From Macrostomum hystrix (Eukaryota > Animalia > Platyhelminthes), in NCBI GenBank assembly GCA_950097015.1, contig CATNEN010000005.1, forward strand, positions 3,100,001-3,164,000: a DNA stretch of 64,000 bases, read 5' to 3'. The translations under genes were made by a program, and so were the position numbers. Under the pieces are notes generated by a model that was not told where the DNA came from, did not search any database, and saw only the letters and a list, made by a program, of their open reading frames with translations. Numbering within the stretch: position 1 is the first letter of the stretch; the number at the start of each line of letters is the position of its first letter. Shown here piece after piece: positions 1 through 14,000 of the stretch.

Positions 1-784
1 AGATTCTCATAGGAATAAGACAGAAAATTCACGGGCATGAGAATATTTATTGAGCAGCGAACAATATTATACAGTTTTGGCATTTTTTCCCAAAAATCCC
101 TTGCTTATCATTCTACAAGTCGACAGTAATGATATTCAGGTTTTAGAAGCTGTTAATAGGTTCTGAGATGGCCCAAGTTATTGCCCAAGCAATACTTAGC
201 TATATGCTGCAAATGGCACTCGAATACCTAGTAGAAGGCAAGCATTTATTGTGCTAACGAAAACACACAACCAACTGGATTCCTAGAACAAACATGTGAA
301 GCACCCGTTAACTAGCAGGCTAGATTTCTCGATTCACTCAAGCTGCGAGTATTTTTGTACAGTTTACATGCATAGATCCGAGTTTAGCGCTATAGATGCA
401 GAGAGAGAGAGAGAGAAAGCCGAGTCATGGAAAGTTGGATGCGAAATGTTCTCACGGCTCCTTAATACACAGAATGTTTAACTCCGCAGAGTGTAGACGC
501 GTATCGGGCTTCATGTTTGGTACCTTACTTCTTGATTCGAGGTTTCGTTCATATAGATTTTTTATAAAGTTAGTTTAACTAACGTTTGCGCCCATATCTA
601 TAGTTTGTTTAATAGTGTGTGCATGTGTGTTTTTATCTTAAAGAAAATAGTGATGATTGTTTGGCTAAAGTAAGACCTACCTGAGATTTTAATCTCAGCT
701 CATGTTTTTTTCAACCTGATGTAATATCTTTATTGTGATAATCTGTGTTCTTGTTTTTTTAATAGCGATTTAATATACTCTTAC

Positions 785-2030
785 AGCGGAGAGAGATTAG
801 CGGAGAGAGATTAGCGGAGAGAGATTAGCGGAGAGAGATTAGGGGAGAGATATTAGCGGAGAGATATTAGCGGAGAAAGGGATAAGTGAAGAGAGATTAG
901 CGGAGAGAGATTAGCGGAGAGAGATTAGCGGAGAGAGATTAGGGGAGAGAGATTAGCGGAGAGAGATTAGCGGAGAGAGATTAGCGGAGAGAGATTAGCG
1001 GAGAGAGATTAGCGGAGAGATATTAGCGGAGAGAGATTAGCGGAGAGAGATTAGCGGAGAGAGATTAGCGGAGAGAGATTAGCGGAGAGAGATTAGCGGA
1101 GAGAGATTAGCGGAGAGAGATTAGCGGACACAGATTAGGGGAGTGATATTAGCGGACAGAGATTAGGGGAGAGATATTAGCGGACAGAGATTAGGGGAGA
1201 GATATTAGCGGACAGAGATTAGGGGAGTGATATTAGCGGACAGAGATTAGGGGGAGTGATATTAGCGGACAGAGATTAGGGGAGTGATATTAGCGGACAG
1301 AGATTAGCGGAGAGAGATTAGCGGAGAGAGATTAGGGGAGTGATATTAGCGGACAGAGATTAGGGGAGTGATATTAGCGGACAGAGATTAGGGGAGTGAT
1401 ATTAGCGGACAGAGATTTGGGGAGTGATATTAGCGGACAGAGATTAGGGGAGTGATATTAGCGGACAGAGATTAGGGGAGAGATATTAGCGGACAGAGAT
1501 TAGGGGAGTGATATTAGCGGACAGAGATTAGGGGAGAGATATTAGCGGACAGAGATTTGGGGAGTGATATTAGCGGACAGAGATTAGGGGAGTGATATTA
1601 GCGGACAGAGATTAGGGGAGAGATATTAGCGGACAGAGATTAGGGGAGTGATATTAGCGGACAGAGATTAGGGGAGAGATATTAGCGGACAGAGATTAGG
1701 GGAGTGATATTAGCAGACAGAGATTAGGGGAGTGATATTAGCGGACAGAGATTAGGGGGAGTGATATTAGCGGACAGAGATTAGGGGAGAGATATTAGCG
1801 GACAGAGATTAGGGGAGTGATATTAGCGGACAGAGATTAGGGGAGTGATATTAGCGGACAGAGATTAGGGGGAGTGATATTAGCGGACAGAGATTAGGGG
1901 AGTGATATTAGCGGACAGAGATTAGGGGAGTGATATTAGCGGACAGAGATTAGGGGAGTGATATTAGCGGACAGAGATTAGGGGAGACAGGGTAGCGGAC
2001 AGAGATTAGGGGAGAGAGGGTAGCGGAGAG
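785..2030. repeat. Minisatellite: 14-bp unit (AGCGGAGAGAGATT) turning into a 28-bp dimer (GATTAGGGGAGTGATATTAGCGGACAGA)
   Basis: Tandem array visible directly; ends just before the mbl-like exon. Confidence 0.95.
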
Positions 2031-2086
2031 TTATGGGGGCACAGACATGTCCTAATTCCTGTATTCCCAACCAACCTTGGCTGCAG

Positions 2087-5000
2087 CCATTTGTAGGAGC
2101 TGGTCTCCAAGCCCAGACGATGGCCGCAGCTGCAGCCGCCGCAGCCGCGCAAAGCTATCCAGGATTCAGCTGCTTGCCGCAGTTATTCACCTCCACTGAC
2201 GCTGCACTTCTGGCAGCAGCTCCTCCACCACCGCCGCCACCGCCGCCGCCGCAGCCGCAGCCGCAGCCGCAGAATATTGTCAGCGGCACAATGCCAGCCA
2301 GTGGAATGTCAGTCGGTGCGATGACTAATTCTAGTAGTCGAGGGTCGAATCTCAAATTGGACACAACAGATGTGAGTGGTCTTTCATAGCCTTTCCGATA
2401 TTTGAATATTTGAGCATCTGCTTGGATTAAAATTTTAGGGTACCTGTAGCATGCAACTCGTAATTTGCTGCAAAAATATGTTTCATTGTCAACGGAGAGG
2501 ACAGTTTTGTCTGGGAGAAATTAGAACCTCAGGGGGGAGAGATAAGAATCTCAGGGGAGAGATATAAGAATCTCAGGGGAGAGAGATAAGAATCTCAAGA
2601 GAGAGAGATAAGAATCTCAAGAGAGAGAGATAAGAATCTCAAGAGAGAGAGATAAGAATCTCAGGAGAGAGAGATAAGAATCTCAGGGGAAGAGATACGA
2701 ATCGCAGGAGAGAGATAAGAATCTCAGCAGAGAGAGATAAGAATCTCAGGGGAGAGAGATAAGAATCTCAGCAGAGAGAGATAAGAATCTCAGCGGAGAG
2801 AGATAAGAATCTCAGGAGAGAGAGATAAGAATCTCAGCGGAGAGAGACAAGAATCTCAGCGGAGAGAGATAAGAATCTCAGGAGAGAGAGATAAGAATCT
2901 CAGGAGAGAGATAAGAATCACCGGGGAGAGAGATAAGAATCTCAGGGGAGAGAGATAAGAATCTCAGGGGAGAGAGATAAGAATCTCAAGGGAGAGAGAC
3001 AAGAATCTCAGGAGAGAGATAAGAATCACCGGGGAGAGAGATAAGAATCACTGGGGAGAGAGATAAGAATCTCAGGGGAGAGAGATAAGAATCTCAGGGG
3101 AGAGAGATAAGAATCTCAGGCGAGAGAGATAAGAATCACCGGGGAGAGATACGAATCTCAGGAGAGAGCCATAGGAATCTCAGGGGAGAGAATCTCAGGG
3201 AAGAGAGAAAATAAAAATCTCGAGATATTCCCGAGCCCAAAAAAAGCCTTAGTCAAACAGTCGAGGAGTAAAAGCTTTAGTCTATTTCGTTTCTAAGAAA
3301 GCGATACAGCTCTGGTACTGAATATGTTCTTCCTGCATTGTTTATTATGCATGAACAAGAGGCGAATAAAATACTGATCAGGAGTGCACCAAAAAAATGC
3401 CTAGCAAAAATTATCCCATTTTTTCGGCTCGTAATTACTAGCAGACTGCAAGTTGGGGGTGCCCGAAAGAGAGGCCAGTTTCTAGGAGGGTGGGTTGAAG
3501 AACTCCGGCAAGCAAGCAGAAATTCGAGGGTAAGAAGATTCTGAAGTCGGGCAAACAACCCCCACCTAGAGGACTGCGCGAGCCCCACCTCCCTCCTTAT
3601 AACCGTGATTAACGAGTTTTGGCAGACAAACACAAGCACACACAAGGGGATTTCACTATAGTAAAATTACTATTAGATATTTCTCTGGAAGCATTTGCCA
3701 GAAATGAAGTGGCAGGCCTTAACCTACCAGTTAGCTATAATTATAATTGCCTCTTTGTACGATATGCAAACTTCGCGCATAACTTAACAGAAGTTTTTCG
3801 ACAGGTTAAATAAGAAATAATACAAGTTTAGCGACAACATAACCCTTTCATTCCCTTTTAAGAAATCCCTTCACATTCTGGTCTTCCTACCGTACCAACA
3901 TCCCTACATCTCTACATCCCTACATCCCTATACCTTCCATTTTATCAACCCGCTTCCCTACATCTCCTTATCTCTCTCCCTGCATTCCTATACCTTCTCT
4001 TTTATCAACCCGCTTCCCTACATCTCCTTAGCTCCCTCTCTGCATCCCTATACCTTCCCTTTTATCAACCCGCTTCCCTACATCTCCTTATCTCTCTCCC
4101 TGCATCCCTATACCTTCCCTTTTACCAACCCGTTTCCCTACATCTCCTTATCTCTCTCCCTGCATCCCTATACCTTCCATTTTATCAACCCGCTTCCCTA
4201 CATCTCCTTATCTCTCTCCCTGCATCCCTATGCCTTCCCTTTTATCAACCCGCTTCCCTACATCTCCTTATCTCTCTCCCTGCATCCCTATACCTTCCCT
4301 TTTATCAACCCGCTTCCCTACATCTCCTTATCTCTCTCCCTGCATCCCTATGCCTTCCCTTTTATCAACCCGCTTCCCTACATCTCCTTATCTCTCTCCC
4401 TGCATCCCTATACCTTCCCTTTTATCAACCCGCTTCTCTACATCTCCTTATCTCTCTTCCTGCATCCCTATACCTTCCCTTTTATCAACCCGCTTCCCTA
4501 CATCTCCTTATCTCTCTCCCTGCATTCCTATACCTTCTCTTTTATCAACCCGCTTCCCTACATCTCCTTAGCTCCCTCTCTGCATCCCTATACCTTCCCT
4601 TTTATCAACCCGCTTCCCTACATCTCCTTATCTCTCTCCCTGCATCCCTATACCTTCCCTTTTATCAACCCGTTTCCCTACATCTCCTTATCTCTCTCCC
4701 TGCATCCCTATACCTTCCATTTTATCAACCCGCTTCCCTACATCTCCTTATCTCTCTCCCTGCATCCCTATGCCTTCCCTTTTATCAACCCGCTTCCCTA
4801 CATCTCCTTATCTCTCTCCCTGCATCCCTATACCTTCCCTTTTATCAACCCGCTTCTCTACATCTCCTTATCTCTCTTCCTGCATCCCTATACCTTCCCT
4901 TTTATCAACCCGCTTCCCTACATCTCCTTAGCTCCCTCTCTGCATCCCTATACCTTCCCTTTTATCAACCCGCTTCCCTACATCTCCTTATCTCTCTCCC

Positions 5001-8000
5001 TGCATCCCTATACCTTCCCTTTTACCAACCCGTTTCCCTACATCTCCTTATCTCTCTCCCTGCATCCCTATACCTTCCATTTTATCAACCCGCTTCCCTA
5101 CATCTCCTTATCTCTCTCCCTGCATCCCTATGCCTTCCATTTTATCAACCCGCTTCCCTACATCTCCTTATCTCTCTCCCTGCATCCCTATACCTTCCCT
5201 TTTATCAACCCGCTTCTCTACATCTCCTTATCTCTCTTCCTGCATCCCTATACCTTCCCTTTTATCAACCCGCTTCCCTACATCTCCTTATCTCTCTCCC
5301 TGCATCCCTATGCCTTCCCTTTTATCAACCCGCTTCCCTACATCTCCTTATCTCTCTCCCTGCATCCCTATACCTTCCCTTTTATCAACCCGCTTCTCTA
5401 CATCTCCTTATCTCTCTCCCTGCATCCCTATACCTTCCCTTTTATCAACCCGCTTCCCTACATCTCCTTATCTCTCTCCCTGCATCCCTATACCTTCCCT
5501 TTTATCAACCCGCTTCCCTTCATGTCCTTATCCCTCTCCCTGCATCCCAATACCTTCCCTTTTATCAACCCACTTCCCTACATCTCCTTATCTCTCTCCC
5601 TGCATCCCTATACCTAATTCCCCGTTATGTACCCGCATCCCTACATCTCCTCCATAAAACTCAATTCCAATCCCGCGTCATAACATCCCTTGCAATTTAT
5701 TCCCTTTATCATCCGTCCAATGGTTTCTCTGTATATGCTACTCTCACTGCAAGTCTCTAAATTGACTTCTAACTAAAATTCGCGGATCCATAGTACGGCT
5801 CGTATTTATCATTTCCCCCGTTAAAAAATCCCATTGAAAATTTCCACGAAGCGTGGTACATATTTGCAGCTGCTTTTATAAAAAATCATATCTTTTTGCT
5901 CAATCCCTCACTCCTGTGACTGCTTTTCCGCCTGAGCAGTCACAGCTGTTGGGACTTAATCAGGCGAACAGGTAGGGGGGTTGGTCGGAGAGTCAGGGCG
6001 AACGGGTATCAGCTGCTTTCGCTGTCATCAGTTCCAATTAAATTATTTTCCCGTATATTTCAGACTAGAAAAAGAACTAATAAAATTTTCAGCTTAATCA
6101 CAGTCGCTAATTATATTTTTACAAACATTACTGTTAAAGTTATGCGTCTATGACTATATATCTTTGATTGAAATCAAATGAAACCGGCTTTCGTTTTATC
6201 ACTATTAAGCTTGTACCTTTACTAATACAATTAATGTAGTGAATTGCATGCTTGTTGCCTTGGCAATTATGTTGGTACAAATAATTTTGTTCATTTAGCA
6301 GTTGAATCATCTGCAAAAAATTCGAGTAATGATTTTAATCAACATTAATATCCGCAGTAACTTTTTAAGACTAGTATAAAATCGCACCAACGTGTGGTCT
6401 GTTCTTTTAGGCCAGCACCCCACACCCACCACCTCTCGCTCAGTTCTGTTGGGCCAGCACCCCACACCCACCACCTCTCGCTCAGTTCTTTTAGGCCAGC
6501 ACCCCACACCAACCACCTCACACTCAGTTCTGTTAGGCCAGCACCCCACACCCACCACCTCTCGCTCAGTTCTTTTAGGCCAGCACCCCACACCCACCAC
6601 CTCTCGCTCAGTTCTTCTGGGCCAGCACCCCACACCAACCACCTCACACTCAGTTCTGTTGGGCCAGCACCCCACACCCACCACCTCTCGCTCAGTTCTT
6701 TTAGGCCAGCACCCCACACCAACCACCTCACACTCAGTTCTGTTAGGCCAGCACCCCACACCAACCACCTCACACTCAGTTCTGTTGGGCCAGCACCCCA
6801 CACCAACCACCTCACACTCAGTTCTGTTAGGCCAGCACCCCACACCCACCACATCTCGCTCAGTTCTTTTAGGCCAGCACCCCACACCCACCACCTCTCG
6901 CTCAGTTCTGTTAGGCCAGCACCCCACACCCACCACCTCTCGCTCAGTTCTTTTAGGCCAGCACCCCACACCCACCACCTCTCGCTCAGTTCTGTTAGGC
7001 CAGCACCCCACACCCACCACCTCTCGCTCAGTTCTGTTGGGCCAGCCAGTTTTTCGATTTTACCAAAGCCCATGATGCGCTTCACGCAACGACTTACCAA
7101 TCCATGCTCTATCTTGTCAGAATTGAATGCCTTTGACTCATTTTTAGTATGCGAGCATAGCAAATTAATTAGCACAAAGTGAGCTTTTACTTCTTGCTAA
7201 GCGTAGACTGTGAGCGCCAGAATGCCAATTCGCCAAACTTCGCATTAATCTGCGAACTGCTCAGATGTACTTTAAAAAATAGGAATTCTGTACACATTGC
7301 TTGGCTTCTTTACTCCGCTCTCCGCTTTCCTTGTCCCAATCGCCTGCGACGCGCCAAAATTAGAACTATTCCCTGATGGCGGCTGCCGCAACAAACCCCG
7401 TGCAGCACAAGCAGCAGCAGCAGACTGATGAAGGCTTTGCCGCTAAGAAGCGGAAAATTACTGAGCTTAGCGAGCAGCAGCAGCAGCAGCAGCAACAACA
7501 GTTCTTGCTTCCAATGGTATTTGTTTATTTATTTTATTACCCTCACAGTAACAATAAATAATACTTGGTAATAATATTTTAATTCCGCTTTTCCTATCTA
7601 ACAAACCATCCTCAATGCGCTGGTCGCATTGTGGACCAAAAAAATTAATTTGTAACCTTATAATCCGATCTTGAATAAGCTTTTGCACTAAAAACATACT
7701 TACTTACTGCTTTTTACGATAATCAAACATTGTAAGAAAACTGTTGTGCTAACGGTACGATATGCCACTTAGAAACTCATTAGTTTGTTATAGTTTCAGT
7801 CAGCTTATAAAAATAATTACGACTGCATGGTTATATCTACTCTCAGATTTTTCCTAACACATTTTTTCTAATTTTCTTTGCCTTTTGCAGTGGCTACTGC
7901 GTACTATAATTTGCTATCTTTTTTCTATGCACAGAGTTTAACAAAAAACTGCGCACATTATCTTGAAACAATTTTCTATCCTATAGATTCGTTTTTCCAG

Positions 8001-11000
8001 CGTATAACATTTTTGGCACCAATTTAAATAAGCAAAGTGAATTTAGGAATAGTATTTTTCATTGCCGATGTAAAAAAGCTCGCGGTACCAAAAGTTACCG
8101 AAACAAAAAACTTTTTTCATAGAAATGACATTCTAGAATTTCCGTTATTAAACAGTAACAACGGGGATATGCATTTTATTTTCATGGAAATAGCTTGTCA
8201 GGGAAGACTTAATAGCCTAGAAGAAAAGTTAACTAGCAAAAGTCCAACAATTGCCAAATTAAAATAGACGCGCAACCACTGACAGTTTGATGATGATATC
8301 CAAAAACTGTTTTATTCCAAACTGAATTAACAAACTAGAAAGATTAGATAATACTAAACTGCACAGGAAAAATAGGACAAAAATTATTAAATGCCTCCTC
8401 TATAATTCCCTTGCATCGACATTTCAAACGGAAAACTGTCTGTATAACTGTCTGTATAACTGTCTGTATAACTGTCTGTATAACTGTCTGTATAACTCAC
8501 TGTCTGTATAACTGTCTGTATAACTCACTGTCTGTATAACTGTCTGTCTGTATAACTGTCTGTATAACTGTCTGTATAACTCACTGTCTGTATAACTGTC
8601 TGTATAACTGTCTGTATAACTCACTGTCTGTATAACTGTCTGTATAACTGTCTGTATAACTGTCTGTATAACTCACTGTCTGTATAACTGTCTGTATAAC
8701 TCACTGTCTGTATAACTGTCTGTATAACTCACTGTCTGTATAACTGTCTGTATAACTCACTGTCTGTATAACTGTCTGTATAACTGTCTGTATAACTCAC
8801 TGTCTGTATAACTGTCTGTATAACTGTCTGTATAACTCACTGTCTGTATAACTGTCTGTATAACTCACTGTCTGTATAACTGTCTGTATAACTCACTGTC
8901 TGTATAACTGTCTGTATAACTGTCTGTATAACTCACTGTCTGTATAACTGTCTGTATAACTGTCTGTATAACTGACTGTCTGTATAACTGTCTGTATAAC
9001 TGTCTGTCTATTTTGAACTAGAAGTATTTTGGTGGGTCTGTCTATCTATCAGAAGTATGTCATAAATAACTATTTGCAGCCATGCAGTTTTATCAAGTAA
9101 ACAATAAACTCTCGGATGTATCGAAACTTACAGCCAACCATTGGAGAAGGATCCCAGATTCCCAAATTTAGAATTTTCTTAGAAAGAAACGCGCCAGTTG
9201 TTTTTTTCAGACCACTGTAGCAACATGTCAGGGCGCTGCATGCAATACGAGCATTAGCTTCTCAGTTACATCTAGCATAAATTCCTTAACTGGCTAATTG
9301 AGAGAGAAAACAGCTACAGTTTCATGCCCCTTTCGTGACTGCTGTGATGCCAATACTTCAGCATAACTGGCCTGAATTACTGGCCATAATCAATACTGCC
9401 ATATCAGCCACATGCTTGACCCAGTTTTAGTACCGACAGCAAAACCCACGCTATCGCGCCGTTGCTCCTAATATCATTTCTTATTTCCTCTCTTAGTCAT
9501 TATTCGAATTGATACTTAAAACGAGAAATGAAACTAACAATAAATAACTGTTAACCAACGAATCAATTGGAAAGTTTACAATTCGATCTACGATCTAGCC
9601 AAGAGGTTCGAGCATCCGACTCACGACTTAAAGGTCAGGGGTTCGATTCCTGACTACACTGGAACAATTTGTGTCCATTTGCAAGACACTAAACTCTGCA
9701 TTGCTTCAGTTCAACCCTCTGTTAAATGGGAACCAGCGTTAAGCTGGGATGATTGAGCGTGGGTGTGGCGTCTCCCCAGTCCATGGATTGCTGTCGGCTG
9801 GACATCTGGCAATCGGGGAAGGTTTCTTAGATACTTTTATAGTCCATCCTCTCATCTCTCATCATCTTAATTGCTGCCTTCAGCTGCACATGTTTCTAGA
9901 TTCTATATAGATTCTGCTTTCTGCTGTGTTTCTGCTTTTTTACTTTAACTTTTTATTTCGAATTTTGAATTCGCGTATTATAATCTGGCCCAATAAAATT
10001 TGGTTAATTTTTATCCCCTTAGTAACTATCGCATTTTTATAATTTTCTCTCTTGGCCGCATGGATCTTAGAGTCGGCCTGTCAAATAAGCCAATAAATAA
10101 TTAATCAGATTTCGATTTGACAATCATCTGAGCCATTAAAAATCGCTGTCCTAATGGGTCGCAAATAAAAAAATCCCCTTTAGAAAATGGATATAGCAAT
10201 GAAAAAGAAGGCCAGTACGAGCTATAATGGCGAAATTGTCAGCGCTTAATCTCGTGTGATGGCAACACGAGTCGTTAAAAGGATCAAGGGGGTGGGGAGA
10301 AATTCCCAAGGGGTACCAGCTATAGGGATCTAGAAACTGCTTGACCACACACGCGCAGTCGTTCCATACCCGAACCAGTGTTGCTTCTATTTTTTCAGTG
10401 TTGCATTTTCCAGCGACTAACACGGGGCGACGGAAAATTTTTATTTAAATACGATTTTTCATTCTGGCTATCTTTTATGCTTTAAAACAGTGGAGAATTA
10501 TCGGCTATGTTTTAATGGAGGATAACGTTTGGATTCTGGCTTGAATGGGATTTCGGCAGGTCTTTCACAGCAATGGAATTTAGGAAAGAGAAAAGGGTGT
10601 TCGAAATGGAATCTGGGAAAAACGGACTGAGAATGGGATCTAGAAGTTGAGAATGGGATCTAGAAGTTGAGAATGGGATCTAGAAGTTGAGAATGGGATC
10701 CAGAAGCACAGAATGGGATCTAGAAGTTGAGAATGGGATCTAGAAGTTGAGAATGGGATCTAGAAGTTGAGAATGGGATCTAGAAGTTGAGAATGGGATC
10801 TAGAAGTTGAGAATGGGATCTAGAAGTTGAGAATGGGATCTAGAAGTTGAGAATGGGATCTAGAAGCTGAGAATGGGATCTAGAAGTTGAGAATGGGATC
10901 TAGAAGTTGAGAATGGGATCTAGAAGTTGAGAATGGGATCTAGAAGTTGAGAATGGGATCTAGAAGTTGAGAATGGGATCTAGAAGTTGAGAATGGGATC

Positions 11001-14000
11001 TAGAAGTTGAGAATGGGATCTAGAAGTTGAGAATGGGATCTACAAGTTGAGAATGGGATCTAGAAGTTGAGAATGGAATCTAGAAGCTGAGAATGGGATC
11101 TAGAAGTTGAGAATGGGATCTAGAAGTTGAGAATGGGATCTAGAAGTTGAGAATGGGATCTAGAAGTTGAGAATGGGGTCTAGAAGTTGAGAATGGGATC
11201 TAGAAGTTGAGAATGGGATCTACAAGTTGAGAATGGGATCTAGAAGTTGAGAATGGGATCTAGAAGTTGAGAATGGGATCTAGAAGTTGAGAATGGGATC
11301 CAGAAGCACAGAATGGGATCTAGAAGTTGAGAATGGGATCTAGAAGTTGAGAATGGGATCTAGAAGTTGAGAATGGGATCTAGAAGTTGAGAATGGGATC
11401 TAGAAGTTGAGAATGGGATCTAGAAGTTGAGAATGGGATCTAGAAGTTGAGAATGGGATCTAGAAGTTGAGAATGGGATCTAGAAGTTGAGAATGGGATC
11501 TAGAAGCTGAGAATGGGATCTAGAAGTTGAGAATGGGATCTAGAAGTTGAGAATGGGATCTAGAAGTTGAGAATGGGATCTAGAAGTTGAGAATGGGATC
11601 TAGAAGTTGAGAATGGGATCTAGAAGTTGAGAATGGGATCTAGAAGTTGAGAATGGGATCTAGAAGTTGAGAATGGGATCTACAAGTTGAGAATGGGATC
11701 TAGAATTGCATAATCGGGAATTGGGAATTAGGAAATTTAGTGTCTTGCTCAAATTTAAAATAATTTTTGCAGTAGGGCTGCGGGTAATGGCACACCATTT
11801 GGTGACACTAGAACCGCAGCCAGCGAGGAGGCAATTTTGCTCATTTCGGACACCGTTCGCAGGTGTGTACATCTGCCCTGACTTTCTCATCGTCAGGCAG
11901 TGTACACTCTCACTGTGCCTTGGAGGTTGGCCCTCAAGGGCGTAAATTGCACGACAAGCCCCCAAGCCTTCTCTCCGCGGCTGCGCCCCAAATGAATGTG
12001 GCCTCGCCGATTAAAAATCTTAGGGAAGCTAGGGAATATTTGACTGTGAGAATGCAGAATTTTTTCTCTAATACGTATTTGGCAATTCCAATGAAATTCA
12101 ATATCATTTCCAGTGCGACCCCGAAACCGATATAAGTTAGACTGTATAAACTACCATACCGTGCTGTGCCATCAACCAACCACAGGTATAATTGCCTCGA
12201 TTTGATATCGCCAGTAGCGTTTTGAGTAGAGGGGATTGGAGAGTTGAGTTTGATCCGAATTGGAACCCTCAACAAAGCCACAAAATCAATAAAATATAGG
12301 CTAGGCTTGAATCTTAGCTTCGGAAATAAACTAACTTAATAGGCTGTGCGATTCTAGAAGCAAATTCAATCAGAACTTTATAGTTAAAAAAGTAATCCTG
12401 TAGATAGTCTTATCTCCGCAAAAAGCCACTGTAATACTTTATCCAAACTTCTGTCCTATATACTGAGCAAATGCGAAATAGCATTTGAAGCAATTACTAG
12501 TGTATATATAAATCTACACACTTATCTGACAGTCAATTGCAAGTTGCACATTGGAATCTGGAACTGGCTTTTCTCCGGTTATTATTTAATTTTCTTCTCT
12601 ACTTCGATCTATAGCCACGAGCTTGACTTCCGCATCCATGCATGAGTACTTTTAATTGGCCGATTAGGGTTGGGGTTGAAGCTATTTTTAGAAACTCTCG
12701 CAGAGAATCCCTAGAATAACACGTGACTCGATTCAGCCAATCAGAGTGACCGTAATTTCGGTTTAAAAAACGACATTCAAATTTACTTACTTTGAGTAGC
12801 ATCACTAAGAATCCTATTTTAGCTCACCCTTAATATCACGCAGTGCCTACCAGCTGGTTTCCCCGGCGGCAAGCGGGCGGCAGTAGCCGACGCAAAAAGC
12901 GGCATTCCAGTTTATCAGCCGGGAGCAGTCTCTTATCAGCAGCAGCTAGCCACCGCCTTTCAAGTGCCGCCAAGCCAGCAGAGCCACGCTAATGGCGGCG
13001 CTTTTATAACCACTTCTTGTAAGTTTTATTTGTCTGATTACTTTTTCGATACATATCGGCCGCATCAGTTTCAGTTTTTTATTACTGACAGCAAGGCAGA
13101 AAACTTTTCGAACAATAATAAATCGATATTTTTAGGGACTGGAGATCTATTTCAAGAAGCTGGTTGTCCCACTCTTACCTGGGTTTGAGCAACAGTTTTT
13201 TATTGCTGCGGCAAAATATTCGTGACTCAACTGAAGATCAACTTGAAATAAAAATAGAGTTCACTTCAAGGTAAGTTCAACCTTTACTAGTAGTGCTAAT
13301 TCAATTTCTGATTGTATTCAGTGTATAAATCTATTGACAATCGAATTGCTGTAAAACAGATTGATAATAAGTAGCTGTAACCGATTGTAACCGATTGTAA
13401 CCGATCGATAACGGATTATGACCGATCGATAATAAATTATGACCGATCGATAATGGATTATGACCGATCGATAATGGATTTTAGCCGATCGATAAGGGAT
13501 TATGACCGATCGATAATGGATTTTAGCCGATCGATTATGAGTTTTGTAGCCGATCGATTATGGATTGTAGCCGATCGATAATGGATTATACCCAACCGAT
13601 AATGGAACATAACCGATCGATAATGGATTGTAGCCGATCGATAGTGGATCATAGCCGATTGATAATGGATTATAACCTATCGATAACGGATCATAACCAA
13701 TCGCCAATGGATTATAACCAATCGATATGATCCATTTTTACAAAGAATCGATCATGGATTGTAGCCGATCGATTTTGAATTGTAGCCGATCGATTATGGA
13801 TTGTAGCCGATCGATAATCAAGCGGAGAGAAGTGCAAACTGTTCGAAAATGTCAGGCAAGCACCTTATCAATTGCCGCAAATTTTCTAAATAAAAGAAGA
13901 CTCGAACAAGGAGAAAACTGTCACATGTTCTGTCTTAAGCAGTTGCAGCATATTGAGTAGATTAGAAGATTGCTTTTATAGGACACAATCAATTCTACAG

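Noticed and set aside
4230-7182. Repetitive ORFs in the 60-bp and 39-bp arrays
   Set aside because: Open in several frames and on both strands; these are intronic minisatellites
9590-9665. tRNA gene
   Set aside because: A and B boxes are present but I could not build a cloverleaf, and it continues into a CORE-like body; it is a SINE head
10151-10423. 90-aa minus-strand ORF with HPLD, possible DDE transposase fragment
   Set aside because: Too short, non-ATG start, no flanking TIRs and no other motif
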